From a virus (Duplodnaviria > Caudoviricetes), in the IMG/VR virus record IMGVR_UViG_3300005512_000217, positions 1-30,680 of that record: a DNA stretch of 30,680 nt; one strand, given 5' to 3'. Made by a program: the position numbers and the translations under genes. Position 1 is the first letter of the stretch. Every line of letters begins with the position of its first letter. Of this stretch, positions 23,929-30,680 are shown piece after piece. The notes under the pieces were generated by a model. It saw only the letters and a program-made list of their open reading frames with translations, was not told where the DNA came from and did no database searches.

Positions 23929-24783
23929 ATGAGTAACGAACTTGAAATGTTAAATGATGAAATGAACACCTACCTGACAGCATTCCAGTCAGGCAATAAA
24001 GAAGCACTCATGGAGATGAGTGGACAGGCTGACCCAAACAACAAGCCTAAGATGGGTTTGCCTAGATTGAATATTAATTATGACACAGAAACAGATGATG
24101 GCACGTTGCTGCGGCGCGGTGCATGGCGCATCTGGAACGGTTCAGCCCCTGTCTACTCAGACAAGGTACAAATCCGCCCCTTGCTGCGAACCTTCGAGTG
24201 GTCTGTATGGGACCAAGAGGAAGGTAAGTTCTCCTGTAAGTCTGTGCAGAAGCGAAAGCTAGCTGGTGAATTCCCTGATACATTGGGCGGTAATAAGTGT
24301 GGTCGTCTGTCACGTCAAGAAGAAGAAGCTCTTGGACAGGATGACCCTCGTGTGTTGTTGAGCCGTTCAGTTAGCTGTAATCAGGTAATCTACGGAATCA
24401 TTGACGCACCTGAAGCAGCATACGCAGATGGTACTGTAGCACCTGTAGAGCAAATGCCGTTCATGGCATACTTCAAGCGTTCTGGATACCGTCCTGTAAA
24501 TGACTTCATTCAGAAGCAGCTTACAGACCGTAAGATTCTGATGCACAATGCTCTGATTGAACTCACAACAGAGAAGCAAAAGAACGGCGGTGTAATCTAC
24601 TGGACACCAAAACTTTCACTCGTGAAAGAGGTGACGGATACAGATGCTGACAAAGCCTTGATGAAAGACTTTGCTGATACTGTCAACGCACACAATGAGT
24701 CTGTGTTCGCTGAGTACAAGAACGCTCAAAAGGCAGCAGCATCATCAGCAGACATTGACCTGTCAGCACGGTTAGCTGGCTAG
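23929..24783 (+). CDS. Putative single-stranded DNA-binding or annealing protein
   Basis: 284 aa between the polymerase and a nuclease, with its own promoter; the function is inferred from synteny only. Confidence 0.5.
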   Translation: MSNELEMLNDEMNTYLTAFQSGNKEALMEMSGQADPNNKPKMGLPRLNINYDTETDDGTLLRRGAWRIWNGSAPVYSDKVQIRPLLRTFEWSVWDQEEGKFSCKSVQKRKLAGEFPDTLGGNKCGRLSRQEEEALGQDDPRVLLSRSVSCNQVIYGIIDAPEAAYADGTVAPVEQMPFMAYFKRSGYRPVNDFIQKQLTDRKILMHNALIELTTEKQKNGGVIYWTPKLSLVKEVTDTDADKALMKDFADTVNAHNESVFAEYKNAQKAAASSADIDLSARLAG

Positions 24784-24784
24784 C

Positions 24785-25678
24785 ATGATACAACTCGTAG
24801 AAGTCCAAGACTTCCTACAGAAAGCGGGGCGGGGAGAGATTGACTCTTCTCGCCTCGAACATCTGATAGAACAGTTTGGCGAGGATTGTAAAGCAGCAAT
24901 GCGAAAGCAGTTCTCTAGTAGGGGAGACTACCGGGTTCGTATGTCTGGTGTAGGTCGCCCTTTGTGTCAACAGCAACTTGAGAAACAGGGCAACAAACAA
25001 GATGTTGCCTACAATGATATCGTGCGGTTCGCAACTGGTGACCTTTTAGAAGCCTTTGCAATTCTTGTGATGCGGGCTGCAGGATTAGACGTGGTTGCGG
25101 AACAGAAGAAGTGTTCCCTCGAACTGGGTGGACAAACCGTCAACGGAACCCTAGACATCATCTTGAACATCGATGGTGAAGAAGAAGTCTGGGATATCAA
25201 GACAGCAAGCCCGTGGTCTTTCGACAATAAATTTTCTGGGCGCGGTGGTTACGATGTCATCAAAGAAGATGACCCCTTTGGTTATGTCATGCAGGGACAC
25301 TTATATGCTGAGTCAGAAGGTAAGCGGTTCGGGGGATGGATTGTAATCAACAAATCCACAGGTGAGTGGGATTTCGTAGAGGCACCCCGCGAACAGTCTG
25401 AAGACCGCAAGGCATACCTTGAGGATGCGAACAAGCGTGTTGAGGCTATTGTCAATGACGCACCGTTCAAAATACCGTTCCAGTCTGTTCCTGAGACAGT
25501 CACAATAGACAGGCAGAAAACAGAGACAGGTAATCGCTTGATGCCCAAGACCTGTACCTTCTGTTCTTTCAAAACAAAGTGCTGGAAGAATGCAGAGCTA
25601 GCTCCTAAGATAACATCTAAGGCGCGGTTCAAACCACACGTCTGGTACACAAAGCTTGTCAAGCGGGAACTAGACTGA
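24785..25678 (+). CDS. PD-(D/E)xK (Cas4/RecB-like) exonuclease
   Basis: RMSGVGRPLCQ, GTLD...WDIKTAS, YVMQGHLY and C-terminal CTFCSFKTKCW. Confidence 0.8.
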   Translation: MIQLVEVQDFLQKAGRGEIDSSRLEHLIEQFGEDCKAAMRKQFSSRGDYRVRMSGVGRPLCQQQLEKQGNKQDVAYNDIVRFATGDLLEAFAILVMRAAGLDVVAEQKKCSLELGGQTVNGTLDIILNIDGEEEVWDIKTASPWSFDNKFSGRGGYDVIKEDDPFGYVMQGHLYAESEGKRFGGWIVINKSTGEWDFVEAPREQSEDRKAYLEDANKRVEAIVNDAPFKIPFQSVPETVTIDRQKTETGNRLMPKTCTFCSFKTKCWKNAELAPKITSKARFKPHVWYTKLVKRELD

Positions 25679-26073
25679 TGCCGGTATTGTACACACGTGA
25701 GTACCCCCACGAACTGTTCGACTTGAATCCGCAGCTTTACTGTGTGTTCGTAGAGTCACATGAACGTCGTGGGGGTGGTCGTTCTACTGTACGGGTTCGT
25801 GGCTTGGAAATATCTTTGCCACTCACTTTACGAGACAATTTCTCAACAGACGGTTCTTTGAAGTCAGACACAGAAACACGAGACATAAAACTTATCGAAG
25901 AGGAATTTCAGAACATTGTTCATCACTTGCGACAGGGGTTGGTAGTATGTCTGCCGACAATGGAAATCTCAAAAGAAATATCGCAGTTAGAAAGACGGTC
26001 CCCAAAAGTAGGACAGTATCTGTTAAAAAGGCTAGAAGGGGTGAAGGCGGGATTTCCGCTGCTAGGATTATGA
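25678..26073 (+). CDS. Hypothetical protein
   Basis: 131 aa, coupled at both ends (TGATG, ATGA). Confidence 0.7.
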   Translation: MPVLYTREYPHELFDLNPQLYCVFVESHERRGGGRSTVRVRGLEISLPLTLRDNFSTDGSLKSDTETRDIKLIEEEFQNIVHHLRQGLVVCLPTMEISKEISQLERRSPKVGQYLLKRLEGVKAGFPLLGL

Positions 26074-26444
26074 GACAAACACGTTACCGTTCACAGTTCG
26101 AGATTAACCTTGCTAGGTCGTTAGCCGACAAGAAAGTTAACTTCGAATATGAACAGGCAAAGCTACAGTACATTCCCAAGCCGCGAACATATACGCCAGA
26201 CTTCTATCTTCCTGAACAGAACATCTACATAGAAGCCAAGGGTCATTTGGATAAGGGAGATAGGGTAAAGATGCAGCTAATCAAGCAGCAGTACCCTGAC
26301 TTAGATATTAGGTTTGTATTTGTTAGAGCCACAAACAAGATTTACAGAGGTAGCAAGACTAGCTATGCTGACTGGGCAAATCGTTATGGCTTTCCATGGG
26401 CTGAAGGTAGTGTACCAGAGGAGTGGTTAAAAGATGGCGGATGA
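26070..26444 (+). CDS. T7 endonuclease I-like Holliday junction resolvase
   Basis: Start re-set to ATG 26070; YRSQFE, YTPDF, IEAKG, DIRFVF and SYADWA. Confidence 0.88.
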   Translation: MRQTRYRSQFEINLARSLADKKVNFEYEQAKLQYIPKPRTYTPDFYLPEQNIYIEAKGHLDKGDRVKMQLIKQQYPDLDIRFVFVRATNKIYRGSKTSYADWANRYGFPWAEGSVPEEWLKDGG

Positions 26445-26790
26445 TAAGGATTATGAGATTACAAGCCTGTTACCTGATAGATGGTACGTTATCCTGAAGC
26501 GGACAGAAGAAGATTCTTTTACAATGAGTGCCTATGACACAACCCCCATGCCTGATGATGACGATGACTTTATGGATGCGGGGTTCGTGGCTCAACAAGG
26601 AATCATTGAATTGCTAGAGAATGATTTCGATAGACTAATACAGGCAGGGCTTGCCCGTATCTCCTTCTTGGAAATGAAAGAGACAATCATGGTAGAGTTG
26701 GAAGAAGAGGGCGTTGAGCTAGAGTCTCGTGACCGCGTAACAGGTCGAGATGAAAACGTAGTTAAAGTTGATTTTGGAACGAAGCAATGA
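26434..26790 (+). CDS. Hypothetical acidic protein
   Basis: 118 aa, C-terminal NVVKVDF; coupled to its neighbours. Confidence 0.75.
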   Translation: MADDKDYEITSLLPDRWYVILKRTEEDSFTMSAYDTTPMPDDDDDFMDAGFVAQQGIIELLENDFDRLIQAGLARISFLEMKETIMVELEEEGVELESRDRVTGRDENVVKVDFGTKQ

Positions 26791-27107
26791 AATTAGATGA
26801 ATATCAGATGCGGGCAGAAAGCACCGCAGTTTATCCGCAAGAATATAATGTTCTATATCCGACACTGGGTTTAGCAGGGGAAGCAGGCGAGGTTGCTGAC
26901 AAGGTGAAGAAGCTTGTTCGCGACGGTGAACCCCATCTTTTTTACAAAGATGATATTGCAAAGGAACTAGGAGACGTGTTATGGTACGTTGCAATTCTTG
27001 CAAGAGACTTAGGATACAGCTTAGAAGAGGTCGCGCAGCGCAACTTAGACAAGCTAGAGGACCGCAAGAATCGCAACATGTTGCAAGGCAGCGGAGACGA
27101 CAGATGA
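26787..27107 (+). CDS. mazG: MazG-like nucleotide pyrophosphohydrolase
   Basis: [10 protein letters not shown]...KELGDVLWY...NLDKL. Confidence 0.9.
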   Translation: MKLDEYQMRAESTAVYPQEYNVLYPTLGLAGEAGEVADKVKKLVRDGEPHLFYKDDIAKELGDVLWYVAILARDLGYSLEEVAQRNLDKLEDRKNRNMLQGSGDDR

Positions 27108-27391
27108 GACACGAGGCATACATGAAGTGTATGGAAGATGAAAACGAACAGGCCGGTAAGATGGCCTATGGCGGCGTTGATATGGTCAACAGTCCGGCAC
27201 ACTACAACGCATCAGGGCTAGAGTGCATAGATGCAATCCAAGCTGCAACCCTTGACGGGTTCGAATATTACTTGCAGGGAAACATAATGAAATACCTTTG
27301 GCGATATCGTTACAAGAATGGTAACGAAGATTTGAAGAAAGCGCAGTGGTATTTAAATAAATTATTAGAGGTTCGAGGAGAGAACAAATGA
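27104..27391 (+). CDS. DUF3310 (T7 gp1.7 nucleotide kinase-like) protein
   Basis: Start re-set to ATG 27104; [23 protein letters not shown] and [10 protein letters not shown]. Confidence 0.88.
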   Translation: MRHEAYMKCMEDENEQAGKMAYGGVDMVNSPAHYNASGLECIDAIQAATLDGFEYYLQGNIMKYLWRYRYKNGNEDLKKAQWYLNKLLEVRGENK

Positions 27392-29316
27392 GCAACCAAC
27401 TACCCACACCATATCAACAATTCATTCACAAGTCACGCTATGCTCGCTGGATAGATAGCGAACAGCGCAGAGAGAACTGGGGCGAAACTGTAGACCGCTA
27501 CATATCTTTTATGCTCGAACAGGTAAAAGGTAAGTGCGGTGTAGAACTGCCTACGTCTGTTCGCGAAGAAATCGAGGAAGGTATCCTGTCCCTGAAGGTG
27601 ATGCCATCGATGCGGGCAATGATGACTGCAGGCCCTGCCCTTGCACGAGATAATGTCTGCGGCTACAACTGTAGCTACATTCCTGTAGACAACCCTCGTG
27701 CCTTTGATGAGTGCATGTACATCTTGATGTGCGGTACCGGTGTTGGTTTCTCTGTAGAGCGTGAAAACGTAGACAAGCTACCTGTAGTTAGCGACAACTT
27801 TAATTATTCAGATACTGTAATCAAGGTAGGTGACAGCAAGCCCGGATGGGCAAAGGCACTTCGCGAACTGATTGGCTTACTCTATGCAGGACAAGTTCCC
27901 TCGTGGGATATGTCAGGTGTTCGTGAAGCTGGTGCGCGATTAAAGGTTATGGGTGGACGTGCCAGTGGTCCGCAGCCCCTTGCTGACCTATTTAACTTTA
28001 CTGTTGAGATATTCAAGAAGGCACAGGGTCGCAGACTGTTCCCGATTGAGTGTCATGACTTGATGTGTAAGATTGGTGAGATTGTGGTTGTTGGCGGGGT
28101 TCGCCGCAGCGCACTCATCAGCTTGTCGAACCTCAACGATGACCAGATGGCACACGCTAAGTCCGGTATGTGGTGGGAAACAGAACCGCAGCGGGCATTG
28201 GCGAACAACTCTGTGTCTTACAAGACAAAACCTGAGATGGGTACGTTCATGCGCGAATGGCTTGCCCTGTACGACAGTAAGTCTGGTGAGCGTGGTATGT
28301 TCAACCGTGAGGCTGCTGATAAGCAGGTTGCTCGTAATGGTCGTCGTGAGACAGGCCACATGTGGGGTACGAACCCTTGTTCTGAGATTATCTTGCGGGG
28401 TTACCAGTTTTGCAACCTGTCAGAAGTAGTGGTTCGCGAAATGGATTCCTTGGAAGACCTGAAGACAAAGGTTCGAGTAGCTACCATTCTTGGAACCTTA
28501 CAATCAACCCTAACTGATTTCAAATACTTGAGGAAAATATGGAAACACAACACAGAGGAAGAGCGTTTGTTAGGCGTGTCCTTGACTGGTATCATGGACC
28601 ATCCCGTTTTATCCAAAAATGTAGACAGCAAGCGTTGGCTAGAAGAGATGCGCGAAGTCGCAGTGGAGACAAACAAGGAGTTTGCGAACATGCTTGGAAT
28701 CCCGCAGTCGGCTGCAATCACCTGTGTAAAGCCGTCGGGTACTGTGTCACAACTGGTGGACGCAGCAAGTGGGATACATGCAAGGCACAACGACTACTTC
28801 ATCAGAACCGTTCGCGGCGATAACAAAGACCCGTTGACACAGTTCCTTGTTGAAAGCGGTGTCCCTGCAGAGCGTGACGTTATGAAGCCCGACTCAACAA
28901 CTGTCTTTAGCTTCCCAATGAAATCACCTGATGGTGCCGTTACGCGAACACAGATGACTGCTGTTGAGCAGCTAGAGTTGTGGAAAACATATGCCATTCA
29001 CTGGTGCGAACACAAACCGTCTATCACTGTGTCTGTCAAGGAACACGAATGGATGGACGTAGGTTCGTGGGTCTATGAAAACTTTGACGTTGCCTCTGGC
29101 GTGTCATTCCTTCCTCACAGTGACCACACGTACCAACAGGCTCCATATCAGGACATCGAACCTGATGAGTACCTAGAATGGAAGCAGCGCATGGAAGTTG
29201 TCACGATTGACTGGGATAAGTTGTCTGAGTTCGAAAAGGAAGATAACACCAGTGGTTCGCGGGAACTAGCCTGTACAGCAGGGGTCTGTGAAGTTGTTGA
29301 CCTGAGTGCAGCATGA
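27388..29316 (+). CDS. nrdJ: Class II (adenosylcobalamin-dependent) ribonucleotide reductase
   Basis: YNC, GTGVG, GGVRRSA, TNPCSEI, TCVKPSGT and C-terminal C-AGVC; no beta-subunit gene nearby. Confidence 0.92.
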   Translation: MSNQLPTPYQQFIHKSRYARWIDSEQRRENWGETVDRYISFMLEQVKGKCGVELPTSVREEIEEGILSLKVMPSMRAMMTAGPALARDNVCGYNCSYIPVDNPRAFDECMYILMCGTGVGFSVERENVDKLPVVSDNFNYSDTVIKVGDSKPGWAKALRELIGLLYAGQVPSWDMSGVREAGARLKVMGGRASGPQPLADLFNFTVEIFKKAQGRRLFPIECHDLMCKIGEIVVVGGVRRSALISLSNLNDDQMAHAKSGMWWETEPQRALANNSVSYKTKPEMGTFMREWLALYDSKSGERGMFNREAADKQVARNGRRETGHMWGTNPCSEIILRGYQFCNLSEVVVREMDSLEDLKTKVRVATILGTLQSTLTDFKYLRKIWKHNTEEERLLGVSLTGIMDHPVLSKNVDSKRWLEEMREVAVETNKEFANMLGIPQSAAITCVKPSGTVSQLVDAASGIHARHNDYFIRTVRGDNKDPLTQFLVESGVPAERDVMKPDSTTVFSFPMKSPDGAVTRTQMTAVEQLELWKTYAIHWCEHKPSITVSVKEHEWMDVGSWVYENFDVASGVSFLPHSDHTYQQAPYQDIEPDEYLEWKQRMEVVTIDWDKLSEFEKEDNTSGSRELACTAGVCEVVDLSAA

Positions 29317-29468
29317 ACTGCTGGCACTGCCAAACAGAACTCATTTGGGGTGGAGACATCGACATAGAGTCGGAAGAATTTTTGATGGAAACAAATTTGT
29401 CTTGCCCCAACTGTGACTCTATGGTATTTGTATACTTGCCACGAACAGAGGGAGATGGTGATGAATAG
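29313..29468 (+). CDS. Small zinc-ribbon protein, 51 aa, not in the ORF track
   Basis: MNCWHCQTELIWGGD...TNLSCPNC; ATGA coupling to nrdJ. Confidence 0.75.
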   Translation: MNCWHCQTELIWGGDIDIESEEFLMETNLSCPNCDSMVFVYLPRTEGDGDE

Positions 29469-29886
29469 CATGGAACCACAGATGTGTGACCGCAAGAAGT
29501 TTGATATTGACTTGTCTTATGGTAAGGTTCGCGAACAGCAGGTTGCTGATATGCTGACCAACAAGAAGATTGAGGTGAAGTCTGAGCGGGGTATGTGGAT
29601 GCGTACAGGGAATATTGCCATTGAGTACGAATCATATGGCAAGCCCAGCGGTATAGAAGCAACTGAAGCAGACTACTGGTTCCACAATCTGTGCATAGGG
29701 GATGAGACTTTTGCAACCCTTGTGTTTGACGTGCCGTCCCTCAAACGAATCATAGATAATTTAGATTACAAAAAATCCGTGAACGGCGGAGACAACAACG
29801 CATCACGGATGTACCTTCTGAATCTACAGAAGTTGTTTTCAACAGATGTAATTAAGGCGTATAAAGATGAGCAACAAGCATCCTAA
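29461..29886 (+). CDS. Putative PD-(D/E)xK-like nuclease-fold protein
   Basis: FDIDL-YG--RE, IEVKSE, TGNIAIEY and KPSGI--TEADYW; start approximate. Confidence 0.6.
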   Translation: MNSMEPQMCDRKKFDIDLSYGKVREQQVADMLTNKKIEVKSERGMWMRTGNIAIEYESYGKPSGIEATEADYWFHNLCIGDETFATLVFDVPSLKRIIDNLDYKKSVNGGDNNASRMYLLNLQKLFSTDVIKAYKDEQQAS

Positions 29887-30091
29887 AGCTGAACTGTTCA
29901 AGTTCACGGCACACATGAACGACAGGGGCAATATAGAGTTGGACATGGACTCTGTAGACCCTGAACAGTTTGCCCGCCTAATGGAAAAAGACTTGCCTAC
30001 GTATGAAGGAACCTTCAAGGTAGCAAGTCTTTTGCGTTATTTAAAGTCTGTAGGAGACGAGATGATGGAGAAGTCTAGCCGCTATATTTAG
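29867..30091 (+). CDS. Hypothetical protein
   Basis: 74 aa; last plus-strand gene, and its stop overlaps the convergent gene. Confidence 0.65.
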   Translation: MSNKHPKAELFKFTAHMNDRGNIELDMDSVDPEQFARLMEKDLPTYEGTFKVASLLRYLKSVGDEMMEKSSRYI

Positions 30092-30273
30092 GCGGCTTCT
30101 TCTTCTTTTGGCTCTAAGCCTTTTAATTCCGCGTCAATTCTATCGCGAATGGCTTTGAGGTATTTAACACGAGCAGCATCTTGCTCCTTCTTTATTTCCT
30201 GAATTACAGCTTCACTAACAACCATAACGGGGCTGCGGTTGTAAAAGTTCAGGATATCAGTCAAACCGTACAT
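30088..30273 (-). CDS. Hypothetical coiled-coil protein
   Basis: GGAG RBS before ATG 30273 (alternative start 30285); has its own promoter. Confidence 0.65.
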   Translation of the reverse strand: MYGLTDILNFYNRSPVMVVSEAVIQEIKKEQDAARVKYLKAIRDRIDAELKGLEPKEEEAA

Positions 30274-30308
30274 GATTCTCTCCATTGGTTTGTTGTTGGT
30301 TTTGTTGC

Positions 30309-30337
30309 CATATGGGAGTTCGCGAACCTTTTGTCAA
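30309..30337 (-). promoter_or_regulatory. Promoter TTGACA-17-CATATG with GTTCGCGAAC in the spacer
   Basis: -35 at 30337-30332, -10 at 30314-30309, palindrome at 30318-30327. Confidence 0.55.
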
Positions 30338-30516
30338 CCCTTTTTGTGTGTTTCTTGCACAGTAAATTTAGCCCGTAAACTAGACCCCTTGTGACGCTTA
30401 TAGCCGTCCTTGGGGTTTTTCATTAGCTGATACCCGCTACCCTTTTTCATCCAGTGGTAGCCTCGTGGGGCTAGAACTGTTTTGTTTTTAGGAGCCATTC
30501 TTTTTGGTCTTTCCAC
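30334..30516 (-). CDS. Small basic protein (APRGYHWM...LMK motif)
   Basis: Recurrent small phage protein pattern; the start may be the internal MAPK. Confidence 0.6.
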   Translation of the reverse strand: MERPKRMAPKNKTVLAPRGYHWMKKGSGYQLMKNPKDGYKRHKGSSLRAKFTVQETHKKG

Positions 30517-30679
30517 CGTACATCATGCCCACCATCTTTTTGTCTACAGGGGGCTGCATACCAGCTTGTTCGCGGGGTTGCATTGGGTTGAACGATGTCA
30601 TCATCTTGTTTTCAGATGCCATTGGGCTGCGAACCATTGAGCCATAGGCATAGCCCTTGGTTTTGCCGCCACGAGCCAT
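30488..30679 (-). CDS. Small protein with GG motifs (possibly 5'-truncated by the window)
   Basis: MARGGKTKGYAYG...MMYGGKTKK. Confidence 0.55.
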   Translation of the reverse strand: MARGGKTKGYAYGSMVRSPMASENKMMTSFNPMQPREQAGMQPPVDKKMVGMMYGGKTKKNGS

Positions 30680-30680
30680 G

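Noticed and set aside
24785-25678. Cas4 as evidence of a CRISPR system
   Set aside because: Solo Cas4-like exonucleases are routine in phage replication modules.
27388-29316. Intein or intron in RNR, TerL, helicase or polymerase
   Set aside because: Lengths and motif spacing are normal, with no Hint or homing-endonuclease signatures.
8174-30327. GAAC/GTTC phosphorothioation as the explanation of the repeated motif
   Set aside because: No dnd or ssp genes are in the window and the enriched word is longer than GAAC, so this cannot be supported from sequence alone.
1-30680. tRNA genes, attP site or stop-codon recoding
   Set aside because: No cloverleaf or tRNA-like 3' segment was recognised, and genes read through normally in the standard code with all three stops used.

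Overview
This window is most of the genome of a marine T7-like-supergroup podophage of the HMO-2011 type (family A DNA polymerase with an inserted DnaJ-type zinc finger). The host is most plausibly an alphaproteobacterium (inference). There are three modules. (i) 1-12.6 kb, minus strand: TerS, TerL, a large tyrosine-recombinase-like protein, portal, internal virion protein, scaffold, major capsid, small basic proteins and a holin-like gene. (ii) 13.3-19.7 kb, minus strand: small early or accessory genes, many with their own sigma70-type promoter. (iii) 19.8-30.1 kb, plus strand: primase, helicase, split DNA polymerase, SSB-like protein, nucleases, MazG, DUF3310 and class II RNR. The end of another minus-strand module follows. 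The most unusual signals are a genome-wide over-represented GTTCGCGAAC/CGCGAAC motif (also arrayed like iterons and inside a promoter spacer), a tyrosine recombinase fold between TerL and portal, a roughly 260-nt GNRA-rich structured RNA with a segment antisense to early-gene leaders, a promoter-to-terminator sRNA at 12.75 kb, tandem covarying hairpins before the scaffold gene, and a DNA polymerase encoded in two overlapping ORFs. All calls come from reading motifs by eye and no database searches were run.
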